A stretch of 64,000 nt of DNA from Candidatus Caccovivens sp. GTDB taxonomy: Bacteria > Bacillota > Clostridia > Christensenellales > UBA1242. The notes beneath the pieces are model-generated. The model saw only the letters and a list, made by a program, of their open reading frames with translations. It had not been told where the DNA came from and did not search any database. The position numbers were made by a program, and so were the translations under genes. The stretch lies in contig JBJFCL010000006.1 of assembly GCA_051888935.1 (NCBI GenBank), positions 10,558-74,557 on the forward strand, in the 5' to 3' direction. Shown one piece after another: positions 19,376 to 27,016 of this stretch; the stretch's first letter is position 1; each line of letters begins with the position of its first letter.

Positions 19376-19562
19376 TTTCTCCTTGTTGTTTCAATTCTTC
19401 AGCACTTTTTAAAAACTCTTTCCGAAGTTCTTCTCTAGAGAGATCAACCATCTTTTCGAATTTTTTCAAAACTCTGTATTCTGTAAATGTTTTATATCCT
19501 ATAAAAACTAAAATGCAGAAAGCAAATATTAATACAAACAAAATTAAGACAGTCATAAACAC
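19350..19562 (-). CDS. Small membrane protein
   Basis: 70 aa with an N-terminal hydrophobic helix MTVLILFVLIFAFCILVFIGY. Confidence 0.4.
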   Translation of the reverse strand: MFMTVLILFVLIFAFCILVFIGYKTFTEYRVLKKFEKMVDLSREELRKEFLKSAEELKQQGENDEGEFSN

Positions 19563-19566
19563 ACCA

Positions 19567-20145
19567 CTATTGAACTTTTCTAACAGGAAGAATTAATTGT
19601 TCGTTAATAATCCCAGATTGTTCGCATCGCAGAATAATTGCTTGACTTCCATCTTTTTTTGTCTCAAGAACAACCCTATAATTGTTGTCAATACAACCAA
19701 TAGATTTTGCTGCCTCACATAAATACCTTGCATTTAAAATTGTTTCGCATTCGTGAGATTGTGCACTATCATATACTTTGTCTAAATCGAAAAATTCGGC
19801 ATCTGGCTGAACAAAACTATACTTGCATTTGCCAAAGTCTGTCATGACTTCGACAGTTGCAACTTTACCATCTGATTCAATTGTAGCTTTCTCAATTCCA
19901 CGTTTAGTAATTTTTATTGTAACTGGTTTTATATAGCAGTTAAATTCACCAAAATCAACATCGCCTAAATTTACTTTCAATCGGCTTGCTCTATATCCAT
20001 CTAAAGAACTAACGGTTAAGATGTTCTTGTTAATCCTCAATTGTATAAATTTCATAATCGGTCTATATTCATCTTTTGAGATGCTGTGTTTAACCGCATC
20101 CAAGATGTTTTTTAATTCGTTTTGATTTATTTCGAATTTATTCAT
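19567..20145 (-). CDS. Short DNA polymerase III beta (sliding clamp)-like protein
   Basis: 192 aa. The N-terminus (ELKNILDAVKHSISKDEYRPIMKFIQLRINKNILTVSSLDGYR) and the C-terminal NARYLCEAAKSI resemble DnaN segments. Confidence 0.45.
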   Translation of the reverse strand: MNKFEINQNELKNILDAVKHSISKDEYRPIMKFIQLRINKNILTVSSLDGYRASRLKVNLGDVDFGEFNCYIKPVTIKITKRGIEKATIESDGKVATVEVMTDFGKCKYSFVQPDAEFFDLDKVYDSAQSHECETILNARYLCEAAKSIGCIDNNYRVVLETKKDGSQAIILRCEQSGIINEQLILPVRKVQ

Positions 20146-20933
20146 TTCTTCTCCTTTTCATAAATACCGTTTAACAGCGCTGCCAATGCTATGCCACTTT
20201 CGGTAATTTCTTTTTTGTCAGAATAAAGTCCTCTTCTATTCATAATTAATCTTTGCGCAGACGTAATAAGTCTGAGATTTTCAACAGAACAATTTTGCTT
20301 GTTCCCATCAAGAAATGTTAACTGATAACCTTTAGGAATAGGTCCTTTATTTTCTTCCCAAACAAGGACGTGTTTTTGTCTCCACTTATTTGGTTCTTTC
20401 ACTTTAACTTCCATATAACCATCTCTAGTGATTCTTTCACTTCCGACAGGTCTGTGATTATGTGGTGTGTTCCCTTTCTTAAACCAAGTTTTTCTGGATG
20501 CAGCTTGTCCTTCTTTAGACATAAATTCTGACCATTTCCTTCCTTTGTTGAAAGACGTTTGTCCTTTTTGAAATTGTCCACCAACCAGTCCACTTTTTAT
20601 GTGCAATCTTGATTTTAAATTTGAAATTGCAATATGCGAATAACTTGTGTTGAATTTTTCGTTGACCATTTTTGCTAAGACTTTTTCTGGATTAACAACA
20701 TTGTCCTTGACAAACTGAACTTGTTCTTTTGTAAATTTGCAAGCACCACCCTTTAATCCGCTTTTAATACAAAGTCGTTTCTTTAAGCTACTTATTGCTT
20801 TTTCAGTTACATTAAGACCAAATCGGTCATTAAACATCCTTGTCAAATTCTTTTGTGAATTTATAACATTATCTCTTAAGAATTGAAAATGCTCTTCATT
20901 ATATTTTCCTGTTCTTTTCTTCTTCGTTGTCAT
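20142..20933 (-). CDS. HNH (HNH_3/AP2-type) homing-like endonuclease with a duplicated N-terminal module
   Basis: The C-terminus reads YMEVKV..KHVLVWEENKGPIPKGYQLTFLDGNKQNCSVENLRLI. Two ~50-aa internal repeats each end in IKSGL.GG. Confidence 0.7.
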   Translation of the reverse strand: MTTKKKRTGKYNEEHFQFLRDNVINSQKNLTRMFNDRFGLNVTEKAISSLKKRLCIKSGLKGGACKFTKEQVQFVKDNVVNPEKVLAKMVNEKFNTSYSHIAISNLKSRLHIKSGLVGGQFQKGQTSFNKGRKWSEFMSKEGQAASRKTWFKKGNTPHNHRPVGSERITRDGYMEVKVKEPNKWRQKHVLVWEENKGPIPKGYQLTFLDGNKQNCSVENLRLITSAQRLIMNRRGLYSDKKEITESGIALAALLNGIYEKEKK

Positions 20934-21180
20934 CTGCAGCTACTCCTAAAAGGATTTGAGGTTTTATTTCTGTTTCAATTGTATAACCATTTTCATCCAT
21001 AAATTTCATTGTATCTAGCATAAGATTTCCGTTGTCAATAATATTAGAGGCAATAGAAGCAACCGCTTTGGATCTTTTTAATTCCAATTCTAACTCTTCT
21101 CCTGGTTCCGCATCCGTTAACTTTTCCAATTGTTCAAATAAGTGGTTGTTTAAATCCGTTAATTTGTTCTTTATTTTCAT
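20899..21180 (-). CDS. Hypothetical phage protein
   Basis: 93-aa acidic ORF. Confidence 0.4.
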   Translation of the reverse strand: MKIKNKLTDLNNHLFEQLEKLTDAEPGEELELELKRSKAVASIASNIIDNGNLMLDTMKFMDENGYTIETEIKPQILLGVAADDNEEEKNRKI

Positions 21181-21314
21181 TCATTCTCTCCTTTATATCC
21201 TTCTTTACAAGGAATGCATATTATGTTATCAGAACCTTTCTTTCTATAGAAAAATTGATAACACTTGTGGCATATTTGCCTTTCGTATTCATCATAAAAA
21301 TTGTTTGACTTCAC
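21177..21314 (-). CDS. Small zinc-ribbon protein (45 aa)
   Basis: My own translation. GTG at 21314 follows AAGGAG. It carries CHKC..CIPC pairs, and its stop overlaps the next ATG (ATGA). Confidence 0.4.
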   Translation of the reverse strand: MKSNNFYDEYERQICHKCYQFFYRKKGSDNIICIPCKEGYKGENE

Positions 21315-21796
21315 TTTTTCTCCTTAGGTTTTTCATTATCTTCCTCATTACATAGGCTCAATTGTTCTTTTAAACTTAAAATCCATTTTTCACCTCTGAA
21401 CATCTCTTCCATATCTGATTCTCTATAACCCAACTCACACATTTTATTCCAAAAATTCAATATAGAAGAATTTAAATGCCTAAAGGTTGTCCTTGGTGAA
21501 ATATTTAATTTTTGGGAAATATCTTTTACATTTACACAGTTCACATATCTTAACTGAATAATTTCTCTGTCAATTTCGTTTAAGTTGTCCAAAGCATTCT
21601 CAATAACAATTTTTAAATTGATTAAGTTCTTTTTTCTTTCAGACTGTTCAATGATTTTTTGTAACATATCGTAAGTATCGAACCATGTTCTTCTTAATGC
21701 ATACTTGTATATGATTTTATCTATAGATTCACACACTTCTGGCAATCGATTATAAGCGACTATCATCGTTTTTGCCCACAGCATTTTGTTCTCCAA
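21311..21796 (-). CDS. Sigma-70 region-4-like HTH regulator
   Basis: Carries LNEIDREIIQLRYVNCVNVKDISQKLNISPRTTFRHL. Confidence 0.55.
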   Translation of the reverse strand: MENKMLWAKTMIVAYNRLPEVCESIDKIIYKYALRRTWFDTYDMLQKIIEQSERKKNLINLKIVIENALDNLNEIDREIIQLRYVNCVNVKDISQKLNISPRTTFRHLNSSILNFWNKMCELGYRESDMEEMFRGEKWILSLKEQLSLCNEEDNEKPKEKK

Positions 21797-22355
21797 TTGT
21801 TTTTTCCTCCTTTTCTCTTATTGCAAGAATCCTTTTTTGAATCCTTATAATTCTAAGACTTATTGCTTGGTAAGAAACATTCTCTTCTTGTGCAATTTTT
21901 TTTAGAGTTTCGCCTACTGAAATTTTGTGAAAAAGTTCACGTTCTTTTGGAGATAGATACTGCAAATAATGTTCACATCTAATTGATTCCCAATCACTAT
22001 CTTGATCATAGGTATCTTGCTGTATATAGTCGACTATATATTCATTGTCATTTGAATTTTCTTCCAATGGAGTTTCCTTTATTAGCCTACTAAATGGCAC
22101 CTCTTTATTTAGTTTTGTTCTTTTTTTTATAGCATTTAGGACATACCATCTTATACCTTTAACTGCGTAAGTTGAGAATTTAATACCACGACTTTTTTCA
22201 AAACTTTTTGTTGCATTCCAAAGACCTATCATTCCTACTTGTACCAAATTATCTTTTGAATCTTCACGTTTGTAGTTTCTAAAAAATCTTTTTAACACAA
22301 AATAAACGAGTCCTATATTTTCTTCAAAAAGTTTATTTCTTTCTTCATCTGTCAT
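21750..22355 (-). CDS. Sigma-70 family RNA polymerase sigma factor (phage-encoded)
   Basis: Region 2 is LVQVGMIGLWNATKSFEKSRGIKFSTYAVKGIRWYV. Region 4 is LSPKERELF..ETLKKIAQEENVSYQAISLRI. Confidence 0.75.
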   Translation of the reverse strand: MTDEERNKLFEENIGLVYFVLKRFFRNYKREDSKDNLVQVGMIGLWNATKSFEKSRGIKFSTYAVKGIRWYVLNAIKKRTKLNKEVPFSRLIKETPLEENSNDNEYIVDYIQQDTYDQDSDWESIRCEHYLQYLSPKERELFHKISVGETLKKIAQEENVSYQAISLRIIRIQKRILAIREKEEKTIGEQNAVGKNDDSRL

Positions 22356-22671
22356 TTACCACCTCTGGAAACACTAAAGATAGTGCTTCCTTTGGACTTC
22401 TTACAACCCCTGCGATAGCTCCAGAATTTTTCATTGCTGATAAAAACGCAGCTTGCTTTAACGACACTTTCCCAGTTTTTGTTTTTACCTCAATGTAAAA
22501 AGCTTTTCCATCTGGTCTATGCCCGTATAGATCGGAATGGCCATCTATTCCGATATGAATCATTCTTCCATCAGGCGTGTAAAAAGTTCCTACATTTGCT
22601 CTATGAACTATGCATCCCTTTTTGCTTAAAGTAATTTTTATTAGGTTTTGTATAGCAGTTTCTTGCTTCAT
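22345..22671 (-). CDS. VRR-NUC domain nuclease
   Basis: 108 aa with GHSDLYG..AFYIEVKTKTGKVSLKQ (D..ExK). Confidence 0.75.
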   Translation of the reverse strand: MKQETAIQNLIKITLSKKGCIVHRANVGTFYTPDGRMIHIGIDGHSDLYGHRPDGKAFYIEVKTKTGKVSLKQAAFLSAMKNSGAIAGVVRSPKEALSLVFPEVVNDR

Positions 22672-23981
22672 CTTCTTCGTTCCCTCCCTCTTAAAATTTG
22701 CATGGCCCAGTAACTTGGATTCTTATAACCTCTCTCTTTGCCAAGTTTTATAAGTTCTTCAAATGTCCTGGCTTTTGACTGTTCTTGTCTTTTCGTAAGC
22801 TTTTCTAACACAAGAATTCGTTCAAGCTCTTCTTTTTCATCTTGTTCGATTTGCTTTTTTGTTTTACCATTATCTTCGTGGCAATATGGGCAAATTCGAT
22901 TTGTTCCTGAGTAAGTTTTAAAACAAAATTTACAGGTCCTTGCTACAACATCCGGTTCACTTGAACTATTTGTTCGTAGCTTCTTTTTAGTGTCAAGAGA
23001 CCATCTCCTTTTTTCATCTGGAAGTCCATGTTCATAAACATTACCACAAAAATCTAATATGATTGCTGTTTTTCCTTCTTTATATCTCATACATCTCATT
23101 GTCATTTGAATAAACAAATTTAATGACGCTGTTTTTCTTAAGAGCATAACCATATCACAATCTGGAACATCAAACCCTTCTGCAATGAGTGAATAGTTAC
23201 AAAGCACCATAATCTTTCCTGTTCTAAAATTTTCGATTATTTGATGTCTTTCTTCTTTGCCTATTCCACCATCTAGATGCCTTGCCGGAATTCCTCTTTG
23301 ATTAAACTCTGCTGCAACTTTCAAAGAGTGTTCAATGCTCGCGCAATAACAAATGGCTTTTTTCCCTGGCTTATAATATTTGAATATATCTCCATAAATT
23401 TTTGGCTTATCGAATAACTCTGTTTGGTTTTCATATTCGCCTGCAACTTTCTTTAAAGAAGAGAAATCTGCTAAAATTTTAGGTGAATAATATTCATAAG
23501 GCGAGAGATATTTATTTTCAATCAACCATTTTGTATCTACGGTTTCAAGCAAGTAATCGCATGTATCTCCAAGTCCTCTACCATCAGTTCTACAAGGTGT
23601 AGCGGTTACATTGACTCTTTTTGCCATAGGGAATTTTCTATAAATATTTTGATATGTTCTGCAGGTCGAATGGTGAGATTCATCTGTAATAATTAAGTCG
23701 TAATACTTATCTAAATATTTAGAAGACTGGACCATTTTTATATCACAGTGTTCCGCATCTACTCCATAGCGCTGAAATGTTTCTCGAATTTGATCAACAA
23801 GTTCAATTCGATGCACTAAGAAAAGAACTTCTTTTCCATTTTGTATTGCCGATTTAACTATATCAGCACAAATCACAGACTTTCCGCCTCCACATGGAAG
23901 CACAACAACTGGAGATTTATGTGTTTGTAAGACCTTATCAATTTTGTTTACAATCTCTCTCTGATAAGGCCGAAGTTCCAT
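22668..23981 (-). CDS. SF2 (DEAD/DEAH-type) DNA helicase
   Basis: Carries LRPYQ, the P-loop LPCGGGKS, DESHH, and a C-terminal Zn-ribbon CKFC..CPYC. Confidence 0.85.
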   Translation of the reverse strand: MELRPYQREIVNKIDKVLQTHKSPVVVLPCGGGKSVICADIVKSAIQNGKEVLFLVHRIELVDQIRETFQRYGVDAEHCDIKMVQSSKYLDKYYDLIITDESHHSTCRTYQNIYRKFPMAKRVNVTATPCRTDGRGLGDTCDYLLETVDTKWLIENKYLSPYEYYSPKILADFSSLKKVAGEYENQTELFDKPKIYGDIFKYYKPGKKAICYCASIEHSLKVAAEFNQRGIPARHLDGGIGKEERHQIIENFRTGKIMVLCNYSLIAEGFDVPDCDMVMLLRKTASLNLFIQMTMRCMRYKEGKTAIILDFCGNVYEHGLPDEKRRWSLDTKKKLRTNSSSEPDVVARTCKFCFKTYSGTNRICPYCHEDNGKTKKQIEQDEKEELERILVLEKLTKRQEQSKARTFEELIKLGKERGYKNPSYWAMQILRGRERRR

Positions 23982-24454
23982 TATTTACTCCCGGCCTTCT
24001 TTTGTGCACACTCTGCACAGAGTGGATGTTTATATTTTGCTGTCGTATAAACCGCAAGCTGCTCTGCTGTCATATTTTGAAACGCTTCAAGTTGCTTTTT
24101 ACAATCCGTGCAAACCGATGGATTCCATTTTCGAACTCTCAAAACATCCCAGTCTGAACCAAACGCTCTTATTGAAGTTTGATATAATTGGATTTTTTTT
24201 CCAACCCATTCCTCGACATATGGTGTATCATAGATTGTTGCAATCGCAGTTGCGTTTGTTGTGTTCAAAATCATAGGTTTCTCGTACTCGTTGAACCAAA
24301 TGAGCGAACCTTTATCTTTTTCTCCATTCTCTCCAATAATTTCACCCTTATCGACTTTTTTAATTGTAACAACCATATCTTTGCCCGGTTCCAAATTGTA
24401 TGCTCCAAGATAGTTGTTGTCTTTAAATGATTTCCAATGTGTAAGTTGTGCCAT
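23981..24454 (-). CDS. Hypothetical phage protein with a C-terminal CxxC pair
   Basis: The start is refined to ATG 24454, which follows GGAGG. It carries CTDC..CAEC. Confidence 0.45.
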   Translation of the reverse strand: MAQLTHWKSFKDNNYLGAYNLEPGKDMVVTIKKVDKGEIIGENGEKDKGSLIWFNEYEKPMILNTTNATAIATIYDTPYVEEWVGKKIQLYQTSIRAFGSDWDVLRVRKWNPSVCTDCKKQLEAFQNMTAEQLAVYTTAKYKHPLCAECAQKKAGSK

Positions 24455-24455
24455 T

Positions 24456-25271
24456 TTACAATTCCTCCATATTTTTTGCAATTACATAATTTGGCAAGCC
24501 AAGTGTTTGAATTTCTGGCTTTTCGCCATCATATCCATACCAGTTGCCTGTTTCTTTGCATTTGTGATAAGTATCGAGAAGTCGCCTGTTTTCTATTTCA
24601 GCAATCTCTATCGCAAATGTATCAAATTGATAAATCATAACACTAAATGGTGCTGTCTTTTCCACCACAATAAACAAGAATCCTTGTGCTTCAGTTTTAA
24701 ACTCTTGCCTATATGCCTCTCTGAACCAAGCGTCCTGCCTGTAGTAACCTAAGTCGTACGCTTTTCGCTGAAAGTCATCTTGTTGTGCAGAAACTGCAGT
24801 TTTTAGGTCAATAATGTAGCCATCTTTTATTCTGTCAGGCCTTGCTTTGCATATTTCTCCAGTTCTTTCATCTTTCCAAAAAATGCTTACTTCGTTTTTT
24901 CCTTTACCAGTCAGCCATTTCTTTGCTTCTGGATTATTTCTGACTGCATCGACCCATTTCATTGCCTGCTCAAATTGTTCTCTTGTAATGATTGTTTTAC
25001 CTTCATTTGCTTCACAAAAGTATGCATATTCAAGTTTTCCTGCTGTCGTTCTTCTGTCCAGTTCTGGCAAAATTGCAAATTCCTTATCCAGTTTTTTCGG
25101 CTCAAGAACAAGTGTGTGGAAGAGTGATCCAAGAATCATTGCTTCCGTCTCTTTCTCTGGTTCTTCCATATATGCTTTTAAATGTGCAGGAGACCTTGCA
25201 AGCTTGTCCATCATAGACTTTGATAGCCCTTCTGCTTCGTGATATTTTTTAATTGACAACTTTTTTATCAT
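24456..25271 (-). CDS. PD-(D/E)XK exonuclease (RecB/Cas4-like phage recombination nuclease)
   Basis: 271 aa with ARPDRIKDGYIIDLKT (D..D.K). Confidence 0.7.
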   Translation of the reverse strand: MIKKLSIKKYHEAEGLSKSMMDKLARSPAHLKAYMEEPEKETEAMILGSLFHTLVLEPKKLDKEFAILPELDRRTTAGKLEYAYFCEANEGKTIITREQFEQAMKWVDAVRNNPEAKKWLTGKGKNEVSIFWKDERTGEICKARPDRIKDGYIIDLKTAVSAQQDDFQRKAYDLGYYRQDAWFREAYRQEFKTEAQGFLFIVVEKTAPFSVMIYQFDTFAIEIAEIENRRLLDTYHKCKETGNWYGYDGEKPEIQTLGLPNYVIAKNMEEL

Positions 25272-25386
25272 CGCCTTGCTCCTTTCTCAAATCAATTTTC
25301 ATTTGCTTGAGAATATCTCTGCACAAGAATTCCAAAGCATAATTTTCTTTATAGATTAAATCTTCTTTTGGTATTTCAATCGCCAT
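25249..25386 (-). CDS. Small hypothetical phage protein (45 aa)
   Basis: The start is refined to ATG 25386, which follows AAGGAG. The upstream part of the ORF-track ORF overlaps the Zn-ribbon gene. Confidence 0.4.
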   Translation of the reverse strand: MAIEIPKEDLIYKENYALEFLCRDILKQMKIDLRKEQGDDKKVVN

Positions 25387-25639
25387 CTGTTTGCTCCTTG
25401 TCTTTAAGATTTTTACAGTTTTTACACAGGTTGTTTTCAGATAATTTGTCAACCTCAAACCATTCTTCACAGTCGTTACATTGTTCTGCTTCAACAATTT
25501 CACCACCACAAGAGCAGTTACCTATGAATTTTTGTTTATAACTTTTAAATCCAACTCCCGTTTCAAATCCAAAATCATCTTCATAACTTGGAACTTCGTC
25601 ATCTTCAAACACCATTTCACAATTTCTACAAATCATCAT
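25376..25639 (-). CDS. Zinc-ribbon protein
   Basis: 87 aa with CRNC, CSCG, CNDC and CKNC pairs. Confidence 0.5.
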   Translation of the reverse strand: MMICRNCEMVFEDDEVPSYEDDFGFETGVGFKSYKQKFIGNCSCGGEIVEAEQCNDCEEWFEVDKLSENNLCKNCKNLKDKEQTDGD

Positions 25640-25730
25640 CGTAAATTCTCCCGTGTACCAGCCTTACCTGCTCAAGATCAATCTCTTCCTTGCGTCTTAA
25701 CCATTCCTTAAATTTTCTAAAAATTTTCAT
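25626..25730 (-). CDS. Small hypothetical phage protein (34 aa)
   Basis: My own translation. ATG at 25730 follows GGAGG and is coupled to both neighbours. Confidence 0.35.
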   Translation of the reverse strand: MKIFRKFKEWLRRKEEIDLEQVRLVHGRIYDDDL

Positions 25731-25837
25731 AATAGATCCTCCGCCACATAGAATCTAAGGTTTGAAAACTCTTTAGCTTCGATTTCGTTTTCTTTGCACC
25801 ATTCTACAAATTTTTTGATACTTGTTTTTTCATTCAT
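25727..25837 (-). CDS. Small hypothetical phage protein (36 aa)
   Basis: My own translation. ATG at 25837 follows AAAGGAG, and its stop overlaps the next ATG. Confidence 0.35.
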   Translation of the reverse strand: MNEKTSIKKFVEWCKENEIEAKEFSNLRFYVAEDLL

Positions 25838-25905
25838 TCCTTTTTTACGCTCCTTTCCTTGATTTTTTGGAAATTTTGCCTTATAATAATAAAGGCCATG
25901 TTACC

Positions 25906-26163
25906 TTAGGTAGCATTGTCGCTTTTGTGAGATGAGTTTAGCGGATTGGCGTTTGCGGAACTCATCTCATTTTTTTGTTTTTGCGATAACTCATCGACTG
26001 AAATTTTCAAGGCATCACATATTCGGATAGCTTCTTCAAATTTTATGTCCCTATCAAGCATCATATTTAGTCTTGCAGGTGAAATTTTTAACTCTTTTGC
26101 AAGCCATATTTGTTTCAGACCTTTTTCTTTGAGAATCATCTTTATAATTTGCCCAGATTTCAA
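25906..26163 (-). CDS. Cro-like XRE-family HTH regulator
   Basis: Carries KEKGLKQIWLAKELKISPARLNMML and is divergent from the cI-like gene. Confidence 0.7.
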   Translation of the reverse strand: MKSGQIIKMILKEKGLKQIWLAKELKISPARLNMMLDRDIKFEEAIRICDALKISVDELSQKQKNEMSSANANPLNSSHKSDNAT

Positions 26164-26185
26164 AATAACCTCCTTTTAAGGAAAA

Positions 26186-26317
26186 TTAAGTAATTCTTAA
26201 CTTTTCAATTTCATTATATTAAGTTTAACTTAAATTGTCAAACAATTTTTCAAAAAAAATTAAGAAATCTTTAATTTTTGTAAAAATTATATTGATTTTT
26301 GATTAAGAATTGCTTAA
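26186..26317. promoter_or_regulatory. Operator set in the cro/cI intergenic region: TTAAG-N5-CTTAA palindromes
   Basis: Perfect copies lie at 26186-26200, 26219-26233 and 26303-26317. An imperfect copy (TTAAG-N5-TTTAA) lies at 26260-26274. Confidence 0.6.
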
Positions 26318-26334
26318 AATGGATATAAGGAGAT

Positions 26335-26982
26335 ATGAAAATGGGACAAAATAACATATTCGGAAATAATCTTCAATTTATAAGAAAGTCAAGAGGATTG
26401 ACTGGTGAACAATTAGCCAAGCAATTGAATGTCACAAGTGCTAGTGTTTCTCAGTGGGAAAATGGAAAAACATTTCCATCAACACAAACGCTGATGGAAC
26501 TTTGCAAAATCCTAAATGTTTCGCTTACAGATATGTATATGGAACACATTCTCAATACATCTACTACTATACCCAAAGGTACAAGAAGAATCAAAAAAGC
26601 GAGAATTCCAGTTTTAGGATCTATTGCCTGTGGTCAACCATCTTATGCAGATGAACTTCTTGAATTCTATGTTGACGCAGTTGATGGTATCAGTGCCGAT
26701 TTCGCTCTGTGGGCAAAGGGAGATTCTATGATTGATGCAAGAATTTATGATGGCGATTTAGTTTTTATTAGACAGCAAAATACGGTCGAAAACGGCGAAA
26801 TTGCCGCCGTTTTAATTGATAATGAAGCAACACTTAAAAGAGTTTATTACGATGAAAAAAATGCCACACTGACTCTTGTGGCGGCGAATTCCAGATATGC
26901 TCCATTTGTTTATCACGGAGAAGAACTTAATGATATAAAGATTCTTGGAAAAGCCGTAGCATTTCAAAGCATAGTGAGGTAG
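26335..26982 (+). CDS. CI/LexA-like repressor (XRE HTH plus S24 peptidase)
   Basis: HTH: LTGEQLAKQLNVTSASVSQWENG. S24: GDSMIDARIYDGDLVFI ... ATLKR (Ser/Lys dyad). Confidence 0.85.
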   Translation: MKMGQNNIFGNNLQFIRKSRGLTGEQLAKQLNVTSASVSQWENGKTFPSTQTLMELCKILNVSLTDMYMEHILNTSTTIPKGTRRIKKARIPVLGSIACGQPSYADELLEFYVDAVDGISADFALWAKGDSMIDARIYDGDLVFIRQQNTVENGEIAAVLIDNEATLKRVYYDEKNATLTLVAANSRYAPFVYHGEELNDIKILGKAVAFQSIVR

Positions 26983-27016
26983 ATATAGAAAACAAAAAAA
27001 AGAAAAAGGAAACAAA

